Source: Octopus sinensis | Taxonomy: Eukaryota | Reading direction: 5' to 3' | Assembly (NCBI RefSeq): GCF_006345805.1 | Contig: NC_043016.1 | Span: forward strand, 7,378,001-7,442,000 | Length of the DNA stretch: 64,000 nt | Shown: positions 27,013 through 37,874 of the stretch, one piece after another | Layout of the letters: the number at the start of each line of letters is the position of its first letter | Numbering within the stretch: position 1 is the first letter of the stretch | Made by a program: the position numbers and the translations under genes | Notes under the pieces: model-generated | Database searches by the model: none | The model's input: the letters and a program-made list of their open reading frames with translations, nothing else | Told to the model about the DNA's origin: nothing

Positions 27013-27015
<3 letters not shown>
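25735..27015 (+). mobile_element. Very AT-rich decayed element, probable Penelope-like 3' region
   Basis: Contains the hammerhead fold at 26628-26731; flanks align with 52960-53615 ('agataagttaacattt' upstream; 'gattgagt..ttga.ggtg.ttctgtctct' downstream). Confidence 0.5.
26628..26731 (+). ncRNA. Putative type I hammerhead ribozyme
   Basis: TAGAC-CTGAAGA-T-TGGCAATATATT...AATATGTTGTCA-T-GAAA-TGCGCA-TA-GTCTA: 5-bp stem I, 12-bp stem II with two G-U pairs, palindromic stem III. Confidence 0.75.
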
Positions 27016-27059
<44 letters not shown>

Positions 27060-27062
<3 letters not shown>

Positions 27063-27675
27063 GTAGTAACAGAAAAGGAGGAATTTCAAATATCCCCACG
27101 TGGTGAGTTGTAATATATAAAAGAAATTTAAAAATGGAAAATACACACACTTTACATAGTTTTAATATAATCTTTAATATATATCAATCGGTTTTGGGGC
27201 AGGTTCCACAGCTTGGGTGTCCACATTTTTTAACCGTTGGTTTCACGGTTGTTTTGTAAAGCTTTGCATTTGTTAGTAGTCTCTTTAGCGATTTGTCTTG
27301 TTTTTTGCATTTGATGAGTTTGTGTGTTTTCAGGATGTCATTCATTTTTGGATCTCTAGTTAGTAAAGGGAGATTTTGCACAATAGTGTTGAATGCCTCA
27401 CTGTTTCTGGGGTTGTGTGTTGATATAAATAGTAGTGTTTTGAGATGAGGTATGGTGTTATGTTTTGTTGTTTTTAGTGTTTTTATGTCTAATTGTTTGG
27501 CACATTTAATTCCCTCATCTATAAGTGAGGGTGGATATTGTCTTTCAGTAAGCATTGTTTTGAGGTCTTGAAGACGAAGGTCCTGAGTAGTTCTATCAGA
27601 CACTATTGTGCGAATCCTTTTTGCCAAATTGAATGGGATATTTATTTTGATGTGTTTCGGGTGGCATGAGCTAAT
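27060..27675 (-). mobile_element. Penelope-like element fragment (RT thumb/linker up to the CxxxxCxxC before GIY-YIG)
   Basis: 'SSCHPKHIKINIPFNLAKRIRTIVSD...RQYPPSLI...FISTHNP...KSLKRLLTNAK...KKCGHPSCGTCP' is the typical PLE RT C-terminal/linker region. Confidence 0.85.
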
Positions 27676-27694
27676 ATATATATGTATGTCAATG

Positions 27695-27996
27695 TGATCA
27701 CTGTGACCGAGCAGGCTATCAGATGTTGTTACACATCGCTGGTCACAATGCACTTCGCATTGTTTTAGCCTTCAAATGACGCCACCCCACTGGCTAAGCG
27801 AGTAGGCCAACAGAAGAAAGAGTGAAAGTTGTGGCGAAAGACTACAGCAGGGACCGCCACCAACCCCTATCGGAGCCTCGTGGAGCTTTAGGTGTTTTCG
27901 CTCAATAAACACTCACAACGCCCGGTCTGGGAATCGAAACTGCGATCCTACAACCGCAAGTCCGCTGCCCTAACCAGTGGGCCATTGCGCCTCCAC
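27695..27996 (-). mobile_element. SINE family C variant
   Basis: Reverse complement of 37357-37665. Confidence 0.85.
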
Positions 27997-28356
27997 ATAT
28001 ATGTATGTATGTATCTCTATTGTAGTACTGAGGTTACTGAGAGTTTCCACATTAACTACTGGATATACAACTCATTTAAGATACATGAAATATGGTATTT
28101 ATAAGAAGATATTTATCATCCATTAGTCATGGATTAGTTGGAAAACAATATAATGTGTTACATACAAAGAAGAAAACAGAGTGATGCACATACAATAGCA
28201 TGTATAAATTAGGATGAAGAACCTTTTTTGTCAGAGAAGGTCAAAGGCTGCTCATTGGAGTTGAACCTATACCTTATGTAGACATGAGTAACATACTGCC
28301 ATTAAACCAAAGCAACTCTTTGAATTTCTCTATCCATTTTAGAAACTTTATTCTTA

Positions 28357-28716
28357 TCTCTCTATATATAAATGGCAAAATATGTGTGTGTGTGTGTATC
28401 CTTTATACAAATCCACAATTTTTCAGTTAGAGGGCTCGCACTTTCTATGGTCATTTAAAACCATCCAAGGGTGGTCATGCACATCTTTACATTTCCCCAG
28501 TCACCCTGCAAAGCCATTAATAAAATAAATAGAATTGACATTTTTCTATGCAAAGCCCAGTCAAAATGCCCGAAACTTGATACGCCAATTGAATGCCAGC
28601 TAGCTGTATGTGATTGGTCGGAGATTTGGACAGTACTCACGTGTATGTGGGCATGCACGCAGCTGTATATGCATGCACTAGCACTATGACCCGGCGTTGC
28701 CAGGTCATAGAGCTAG
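28357..28716 (+). mobile_element. Non-autonomous Helitron
   Basis: A|TC...tatatataaa-(TG)n 5' end; 3' hairpin 'ctatgacccggc-gtt-gccaggtcatag' then CTAG|T; no TSD. Confidence 0.8.
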
Positions 28717-29008
28717 TCAAGAATAGTATGTTGGTGGTGGTGGTGTTGATGACAGGCATAGCTGCTTCCCAACCATATGGTTCTGGGTTCAGTCTCCCTG
28801 TGTGGTACCTTGGGCAAATGTCTTCTACTATAGCCTTGTGAGCCTTCCAGACAGAAAATGAAAGAATATGCGTGTGTTTGTGTGTGTGTGTGTGTCTATC
28901 TGTCATTGTCCCACCTCACTGCTTGACAACCAATGTTACTGTGTTACATCCCTGTAACTTAGCGGTTCAACAATTGGTACTTATTTGGACTAAACAGAAT
29001 AAGTACCT

Positions 29009-29240
29009 ATTTCTTTACTACCCACAAGGGGCTAAACACAGAGAAGACAAACAAGGACAGACAAACGGATTAAGTCGATTATATTGACCCCAGTGCATAA
29101 CTGGTACTTATTTAATCGACCCCGAACGGATGAAAGGCAAAGTCGACCTCGGCGGAATTTGAACTCAGAACGTAGCGGCAGACGAAATACTGCTAAGTGT
29201 TTCGCCCGGCGTGCTAACGTTTCTGCCAGCTCGCTGCCTT
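29009..29240 (-). mobile_element. Young family B SINE nested in a family A SINE (about 28753-29380)
   Basis: CpG-rich copy flanked by 'gaataagtacct' at 28997-29008 and 29245-29256. Confidence 0.85.
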
Positions 29241-29597
29241 ATGCGAATAAGTACCTTTAAGAAAAGAAGCACTGAGGTCGATTCATTTGACTAAAGATTC
29301 TTCAAGGTGGTGCCCCAGGATGACTGTAGTCTAATGACTGTAGTCTAATGACTGAAACAAGTAAGAGATAAAAAATAAAAAGCATAATAAAAATAGAATG
29401 ATACACACATACATACACATGCATAAACATAGGCAGAGACATGGCTGTGTGGTAAGAAGCTTGCTTCCCAACCACACATTTTGCGTGGAACCTTGGGCTA
29501 GTGCTTTCTACTATAGTCTTGGGCCGACCAAAGCCTTGTGAGTGGATTTGGTAGATGGAAACTGAAAGAAGTCCGTCATATATATATATATATATAT

Positions 29598-30640
29598 AAT
29601 ATAAATCCTATTCTGTGTGTGTGTGTAAAAGATTATAATGGCAGTATTTTTCAACTGATTTTCTCAAAACTGGGAACATACATTACTTATGTTCCAGGGA
29701 TAGTTTTAGGCTTTTAAAATTTTTCACATAATGACTAACGGGCACCCTGGGGACAGAAAACATCCATTCCTGGGTTATGAGGAGAAGGGATGTTTCATTG
29801 CAAAGTAACTTTCAGAAACTGAATGTTGCCCTTACATCCAATGGTCATAAAAAAAATATTGCTATTAGATTCACATCTTTGAAAGTCAGTGACATCTATA
29901 TCTCTCTATTTATATCTCTCTATCCATCTTTCTCTCTATCTATGTCTATGTCTATATCTCTCTATCTATAACTCTCTATCCATCTCTATCGCTATATCTA
30001 TCTGTCTATATCTATCTTATTTGTTTAACTAGCTAGCTAGCTCTCCCCCTCTCTCTATATCTCACTCACTCTCTCTTGTTTTCACTTTAAGTTCAATCAC
30101 TATTGTTTTCACTGTAAGTTTTCAATCGCTATTTACAAACAGCAACAACAAATTACTGATAGAAAGAAGTTCACAATTACTGATGAAAGTAATTTCATAC
30201 ATAAGTAACTTCAAAAATTTCACTTAAATTCATATACTTATTTACTTTTGCAATGGTTTTCGTGTTTTTCTGTTATGGCTGTTTTCTGGTTCCTTTGATA
30301 CTGGCTCTTTGGTTCACTGACAAATTTTGCTTCAACCCGTACAATTCTTTATTTTCTGTAAAAATTTCTTATTTACTTTCTGCCCACCGTATTAAAAAAA
30401 TATAATTTCCATTACCCAATTATTTTCATTGTTTACTATCTTCTGCACCAATGTATTTCTGTATACGTATATAATCATTCCTAGAAGGAAAGTGTCAAAT
30501 TTGTCTACAATGTCAAGATCAATCAAAAGAAAGTCTCAGTCCAGGGAAAGAGAAACAGCAGCAGAAATGGAAGCATACCAAGAAATGAATAGACTGCACT
30601 ACAAAAGCCAGAGACCAAGTTCCTCACTGCAAATGAATCA
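29598..30640 (+). mobile_element. Helitron-like 5' portion
   Basis: 'tatataaatcctattc(tg)n...tttttcaactgattttctcaaaactgggaacatacattac' resembles the other Helitron 5' ends here; short basic reading 'MSRSIKRKSQSRERETAAEMEA'; no 3' end seen. Confidence 0.45.
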
Positions 30641-30994
30641 AAAAGGTGGGAGTAGGTCTCTAAGTGGTTATTTGACTTGCAAGACATAAAAACTAAATCA
30701 TCTTCAAATCACTGCCTATCTTCTTACTCAAGGAAAGATACATGGGACCATGAAGTTCTAGATATATTATGTCTAGAAATAAGATTAAGTCATGGCTGAA
30801 ACATCCTTTTTCATAGATCCTCTTATTCAGAGTTGATTTCAGACTAAACAACAGTAACAAGGAGGGATGCAATGGATAAGTTAATCCTAGATGTATTTAG
30901 ACTGAAAATAAAATGAAAAAATGCTGTTGATAATTGATCCTCTTAATAATGATATGCTGGGCTAAACCACAACTGAGCAAAAGTTAAAATTATC

Positions 30995-31228
30995 CTTTTT
31001 TTTACTAGCCACAAGGGGTTAAACACAGAGAGGACAAACAAGGACAGACAAACGAATTAAGTCGATTATATCGACCCCAGTGCATAACTGGTACTTATTT
31101 AATCGACCCCGAAAGGATGAAAGGCAAAGTCGACCTCGGCGGAATTTGAACCCAGAACATAGCGGCAGACGAAATACTGCAAAGCTTTTCACCCGGCATG
31201 CTAACGATTCTGCCAGCTCACCACCTTA
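30995..31228 (-). mobile_element. SINE family B
   Basis: Nearly identical to 29009-29240; flanked by 'taaaattatcctt' on both sides (TSD). Confidence 0.85.
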
Positions 31229-31426
31229 GCTAAAATTATCCTTACAGATTTGCAGACATCTTTGCTTTTAGCTACACTCATTTAATTATTTACAGAAGGA
31301 CTAAAAGTTGAAAGTTGTGGATGTATATTTCAAAGTGATCCAGTCAGATGAGATGTGTATATGGAAAAGAATGACTCAATTCAATGACTAGTAAGAAAGT
31401 CAAAGACATGCTGGTACACTCTAGAA

Positions 31427-31911
31427 CAGTGATTCCCAACCAGGGTCCATATAAGATTTTGGGGATCCACACAAGCAAAATAGTATATTGGGGATCCACA
31501 GTAATACTTTAAAGATTCATGAAAGAATTTTCCTTTAGATATATTTATTGCAAGAAACAGGTTCCTTTCTTTAATGTTTAACATAGTCTAACATGCTTCC
31601 GGTCACTGAAACCTGTTCTCTTAGAGAGTATTGCTGCAAACCTACACAAATGGATATTTGAAAAAACAAAATAGGAATTTTGAAAGAAGTATCTATAAAA
31701 CCAGCTTTTAAAAATCAAATGGCTATGAGGGTCCACCAGAATATACAAGATATGTTAGCTGCCTTAGTTTACATATTGAAATATTAAATATTGAAATATT
31801 ACATATTGAAATATTAAACCAGCTTTTAAAAATCAAATGGCTATGAGGGTCCACCAGAATAAAATAGTAATCAAAAGGGTCAATAGATAAAAAGATGGTT
31901 GAGAAACACTG
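31427..31911. mobile_element. hAT (Charlie-like) MITE
   Basis: TIRs 'cagtgattcccaacc' / 'ggttgagaaacactg'; perfect 8-bp TSD CTCTAGAA at 31419-31426 and 31912-31919. Confidence 0.9.
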
Positions 31912-32269
31912 CTCTAGAACAACTTTGAATAGATTTCCACATGATGGGTCACATCAGTAAATAGAAAGTAACTCATCTTGGTTATGTACTTTGCTGCCCT
32001 ACAGCTTCCCCACTATTGTTGCTCCACTGCTGTCCCACTGCTGCCCCACTGCTGACTTACTGCCGCTGTATTATTGCCATACTGCCATCCTGCGCCTATG
32101 TATATAGATGTTTAATGTCAAATGTTCACATCAGTGCAAAGTGAGTAGAAATGACAGATAATTGCAAAATGGTTTAAATGGTTTTTAATGATTTCAGATG
32201 ATAACGAGGTCTCTGACATCAAATAACACTATTTAAGTTCATGAGCATGAATTTAGGCACATGTTAGCA

Positions 32270-32594
32270 CAATTGTTCTCAACCCACGTCCATAGGACCC
32301 TACCCTGGGGGCGTCCATGTAGGACTTGGGGAAATCCACGTAAGCAAAATAGTAAACTGGGTACACAGTAGTATTTAAAGGTCCATGAAAAAATTTTGAT
32401 TATTGGTAGAAACAACTAGTTTCTTTCTTTAATGTTTTACATAGTTCAACCTACACACGTTTCAAAAACAAGATAAGAATTTTGAAAGAACTATGTATAA
32501 AGCTAATTTTTAAACATCAGACGGTTATGAGGATCCACTAGAGTAAAATAGTAAGCAAAGGGATATAGATTTTTAAAAATGGTTGAAACCACTG
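32270..32594. mobile_element. hAT MITE, same family as 31427-31911
   Basis: 'caattgttctcaacc' ... 'ggttgaaaccactg'; TSD tgttagca/agttagca (7/8); colinear interior. Confidence 0.8.
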
Positions 32595-32994
32595 AGTTAG
32601 CAGATTGAAGTGATTTCATTTGTCTCTGTTTATGTTGGGATGAGCTGGTAAATGATATGAAGCTACAGAGATCACAGATGTCAAAAATTTGATGCTACAT
32701 TGTAGTGAGACATAGGAATTCAATGTGAAAATACAATCTGTGTGAAATATATGTAAGATGAGATGTGCGTGATACTGTGCACTTGGAGTATGGAGAAAAT
32801 GAAGCATGTACATGAATTTGGAGTGCAGTAGGGATGGCAAAATAATAAAGCAAATGGTGATATATTGCACTGTCAATTTGCTTGAGACAGGAGCATTAAA
32901 GCTGATAGCACAGAGGATGGCAATTCACTGGTAGGCTGCTATTTGATGCAGTGTAGATGACTCTCTCAAAGCACTGGGTGTTAAAACATATCCT

Positions 32995-33363
32995 CTGTGT
33001 GAAAAGTCTGGCTGCATACACATTAGCATATGTCAGGTGCATACAATTGACAACACAGTTAATTAAGATTTATTCAGTGAGTTCTATTCAACACATGTTT
33101 ACACGTGGAATTAGCAGAATCATTATTAACTTTAGATGGCTCGCAGGCGAGGTGAACAAATTAGTGACAGAGATAGACTGGCAATACTTGCAGTATTGGG
33201 AAGAGCTATCTGAGCGGAAAATTTGTGGATGTATTCAACATCAAACTCATGTTCGGCATCAAATAGTTGACTATAGTGGTGGTAACAGATTCGTGTAATA
33301 AATTTTGTGTTATTTTTGTTTCATAATATATATTTTTTCAGATGCAGCCAGACTTTTCACACA
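32995..33363. mobile_element. MITE with ~22-bp terminal inverted repeats
   Basis: 'tgtgtgaaaagtctggctgcat' and 'atgcagccagacttttcacaca' are perfect inverses about 330 bp apart. Confidence 0.65.
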
Positions 33364-33559
33364 TATCTCTGTGTGAGCTGATAAGGGAAATTTCCTGGAC
33401 TAATTAAACTAGATTTTCTTTAGGATTTACATCTCTGCGCATTACTAAAGTTTAGTGGTTTCCTGCTGTGTGAGTTTTCTGTTTTGCTTTAGTGTCTTTT
33501 ATATGGGTTATACTTGTCCTTACGTCATTTCTGATCTTAGGAGGATTATTTCAAAAATA

Positions 33560-34720
33560 ATTACACTAAAAATAAGATAAAAAAATAGTAGTAAAAATAT
33601 TTGGTTCATAGTTCCATACGGGAGACAAGTTAAATCTAATCTCCCACTGCAATTTTATCAAGCTATTGTTAGGAATTTTCCAAAGAATTCTAGGTATTAC
33701 TCTATCATCAATTCACATATGGTTAGGATTGGTTTTTCCAACACAAAAAAATCTCTTACAAATTATCTCTTCACATAATAACAAACTGTTAAATATTAAT
33801 ACATTTACTAATACTAACATTAATTTAGCTAATACCATCCATCCCTCTAGAAATATTAATAACAAGGTTATTGTATCTGAAGTCAATTCCAACAGAATTA
33901 AGTTTATGTCAAGTAACTCTAAATTAAAAATTTTATATAACAGTGTATAATCAATATTCGTAATAAAGTACGATTTTACATTGGAAGCATGTCGTTAGAG
34001 TTATCTAAAAGAATTTCTATCCATTACTCAACATTTAGAGATAGGAATGGGATCTAAAAGACCACAATGAACAATTTAATTTAGAATGGTTGATTCTCTC
34101 AATTTCGATACCTTATGACAAAGGCAAGGAATTCTGTCTTCTCTGTAATTCTGAACTATTTTTCATTATTTTTCTAAAAATCCCCTAGTAAACACGGTTA
34201 TAGAGCGTGCATACTGATGTAAACATTGGCAAAAACAAACCTTTAGTTCATATAAGTAATCTCTATCATTATATATAATTTAAACATTAATTTTCTTTTA
34301 TATTTAACATTTACTAAAAATATCCCTCCTCTTTCTATAGGCTACTTCTGATGTTATATCATATAACGTTTTTTCAAACAATCTTAATAGCGTTCAGTAA
34401 ATCACTATACATATCCATCATTTTCTGTTAAATTGTCTTATTGACGAGTTTCATTTTTTCACTTCCCTGAAGAGAAGATTGCATTGTTTTATACCATTTA
34501 TTCTTTTGAGTAACATCAGTGAAATCTTCGAAACATGTGTCAAAAGTAAAAGTATTTGATTTATACCTGCGTTAAACTCCATATATTCATTTATATATTA
34601 TACAAAAAATTCCACATAAATCCGAAGTTTCTAACTTTAAAAACAAAGAGTTACAACCTTTTTACTTGTGAGATTTTTTGCTACCCTGATAACTATTTAT
34701 CTATTTTTTCATATATATAT
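33560..34720 (+). mobile_element. Penelope-like element 3' portion (linker, GIY-YIG C-terminus, 3' UTR)
   Basis: 'NIWFIVPYGRQVKSNL...RNFPKNSRYYSIINSHMVRIGFSNTKNLLQIISSHNNKLL' and 'EWLILSISIPYDKGKEFCLLCNSELFFII...CKH' match the PLE motifs WFNPPY...ISSHN and W.I....PY....C.LC..E; frameshifted. Confidence 0.8.
34461..34547 (+). ncRNA. Putative type I hammerhead ribozyme in a PLE 3' UTR
   Basis: ACTTCC-CTGAAGA-GAAGATT(GCATTG)...(CAGTGA)AATCTTC-GAAA-CATGTG-TC-AAAAGT; intact core, GUC triplet, stem I with two core-proximal C/A mismatches. Confidence 0.7.
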
Positions 34721-34760
34721 ATGTATCTATGTATGTAGTATTACATATATGCATATACAT

Positions 34761-34873
<113 letters not shown>

Positions 34874-35799
34874 TACTCGAAAGAATTCAACTCTGTCTGA
34901 TTTTTTATTTTATTTATATTCTTATAATATTATTGTTTGTCTTATTGAACAAATGAAATATTGAAAATTAAATATTAAATGTCTATTCTCATTGAACTAG
35001 TATACTTTCTTGCATTTAAGCATTCATCAGGTTCAGATTGTTCAGATTGTAACAGGAACGCTTCACATCTATAGCAATTGGAAGGGCGTGACCCAACTGA
35101 AATAAACATTAACAACTGTGTGATGTGAGGGCTAAGGAGAAAAGAAAGTGTCACCTCTGTAGTTTGCAAATTACCACTATACTGATACGTAACTGGACAG
35201 AATAAATTTACAATCTATAAATGTCATTGAATAACCAGTCACTCATCTGGGAAGGCCTTGAAATCAATGTTACCATCTGGGGACTATGTGTGACCCAGTG
35301 ATAATATAAAGACTGAAAGGAGGTCTGCAATCAAATAACTTTACTCAACACTTTGCAACTGAATCAGTGGAAGCAAAGATGCCTCTCATTTACTTGACAA
35401 TTTATGCACCACATTGCAGAAATCACAATGTAAGTGTATGTCAAAGCAACCTGTTACACTGTTGTACCATTGAATTACAAATGATGCTTGGGTAACCCTA
35501 CAGCTTCCAAGAGTATAACTGTATTCGTCTTTGCTTAGATAAAATGACAAAATTGATACAACTGAGTGGGCAAACAAAAATATGAGACACAGCCTAGTGC
35601 TTTTTTTATGTTGATAAGCCTGGTACTTATTCTATTAGTTTGTTCTTGTGAAACCAATAAGTTATGGGGATGTAAATAAATGAACAGTAGTTGTGAAGCA
35701 GTGATGAGGCCGAAACACAGAGACAAAGACACACACATACACTTGCATATATACATACATATATATCGATTGATTTGTTTCAGTTCCTGTCAACGAAAT

Positions 35800-35837
<38 letters not shown>

Positions 35838-35845
35838 AAGTAAAA

Positions 35846-35885
<40 letters not shown>

Positions 35886-36556
35886 TCATCATCATCAATC
35901 ATCCTCATCGTTTAACGTCCGCTTTCCGCGCTAGCACGGGTTGGAGGGTTCGACCGGGTCTGGGAAGCCAGGGGCCGCTCCAGGCTCCAGTCTGAATCTG
36001 GCAGAGTTTCTACGGCTGGATGCCCTTCCTAACGCCAACCACTCCGTGAGTGGATTGGGTTGCTTTTTACGTGCCACCTGCACAGGGGCCGGAGGGTCCG
36101 GCATCGTCACGATCGGTTCGAGCATTTTAACGTGTCAGCGGCACGGGGGCAACGAGGTCCGGGGTACTTTGGGGATCGGGGTACTTTGGGGATCCGGGGT
36201 ACTTTGGGGATCCGGGGTACTTTGGGGATCCGGGGTACTTAGAATGGGTAGGGGGGTATGTGGAATTGCTGCAGACAGGCAGCCGGGTCTTTGTAGTCAC
36301 AGCATATCTCCAGAGATCTCGGTCCTTCGCCATTGCCTCAGTGAGGCCCAATTCTCTGAGGTCATGCTTGACCACCTCATCCCTGTCTTCCTGGGTCTAC
36401 CTCTCCCCCTGATACCTTCAACTGTTTGGGAGTGGCACTTCTTCACACATCTCTCTTCATCATCCGCAGCACATGACCATACCATCGCAAGCGTCGCTCT
36501 TGCACACCACATCTGATGCTTCTTATATCCAGCATTTCTCTCAGGATACTTACACT
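35886..36556 (-). mobile_element. 5'-truncated RTE LINE (ORF C-terminus + 3' UTR)
   Basis: 'DEERCVKKCHSQTVEGIRGRGRPRKT...VKHDLRELGLTEAMAKDRDLWRYAV'; (CAT)n on the plus strand is its tail. Confidence 0.92.
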
Positions 36557-36557
36557 C

Positions 36558-36588
<31 letters not shown>

Positions 36589-37093
36589 ATATATATATAC
36601 ACATCACACACACACACACACACACACACAAAGATAAATTGATAGATACAACTCACTGGGCAAAGAAAAATATGAGACACTGCTTAGGGCTTTTTTTTAA
36701 TTTGATAAGTCTGGTACTTATTCTATCAGTTTCTTCTTGTGAAACCAGTAAGTTATGGGGATGTAAATAAACGAACACCAGTTGTGAAGCAGTCATGAGG
36801 GAAAAACACAAAGACACACACATAGACTTACATATATACATATATATACAATTGATTTCTTTCAGTTTCTGTCTACAAAACCCACCCACATGCCAAGTTA
36901 CCACACAGTGGGACTGAACTCAAGACCATATGTTTTGGAACCAAGTTTGTTACCACACCTACACCTATGTATGTGTGTATGTGGGGGGAGGGGTGTATGT
37001 GTGTATGTGTGTGGTGTGTATGTGTGTATGTGTGTATATATGTATGCATGTTATATGTGTATATATATGTGTACATATTACATGTACATCTCT

Positions 37094-37127
<34 letters not shown>

Positions 37128-37356
37128 ATAATATATATATAATATATATATATATACACACACACATACATACATACATAGGTGCAGGTGTGGTTAACAA
37201 ACTTGGTTCCAAAACATATGGTCTGGGTTCAGTCCCACTGTGTGGTGACTTGGCAGGTGTCTTCTGCTATAGCCTCAGGACAAACCGAAGCCTTGTGGGT
37301 GGATTTGTAGACAGAAACTGAAAGAAATCAATTGTATATATATGTATATATATATA

Positions 37357-37662
37357 TGGAGGCGCAATGGCCCAGTGGTTAGGGCAGCGGACTCGTGGTC
37401 GTAGGATCGCGGTTTCGATTCCCAAACTGGGCGTTGTGAGTGTTTATTGAGCGAAAACAACTAAAAGTTCCACGAGGCTCCAGCTGGGGGTGGTGATCCC
37501 TGCTGTACTATTTCACCACTCTTTCTCCCACCTTTATTTTTTTCTGTTGGCCTGCTCGCTCAGCCAGCAGGGTGGCATCATTTGAAGGCTAAAACAATGC
37601 GAACGCATTGTGACCAGCGATGTGTAACTACATCTGATGGACAGGTCGGTCACGTGATCACG

Positions 37663-37665
<3 letters not shown>
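37357..37665 (+). mobile_element. SINE family C variant (tRNA-derived head)
   Basis: A box 'tggcccagtgg', B box 'ggtttcgattccc', followed by non-tRNA body; second copy at 27695-27996. Confidence 0.85.
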
Positions 37666-37703
<38 letters not shown>

Positions 37704-37799
37704 TACACATACATGTATATACACATGTATATCTATAGAAATACATCTATACATTACAGCTATACTATACATGTATACATTACATGTATATATATATAC

Positions 37800-37840
<41 letters not shown>

Positions 37841-37874
37841 TATATTCATCCATATATATACATGTATATATATA

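Noticed and set aside
34975-35169. Minus-strand exon-like reading 'VGSRPSNCYRCEAF...ECLNARK' after 'tttatttcag', reminiscent of a Ly6/three-finger start
   Set aside because: Weak donor, no signal-peptide or downstream Cys exon found, and the plus strand reads like a decayed LINE C-terminus ('AFIRFRL...C..C...').
35701-35716. GTGATGAGGCCGAAAC, hammerhead-like
   Set aside because: No C3, no stems I or III; lies in a SINE segment whose duplicate (about 36790) lacks it.
37357-37430. tRNA-like sequence with A and B boxes (also other SINE heads)
   Set aside because: No proper cloverleaf or poly-T terminator; continues into a repeated SINE body.
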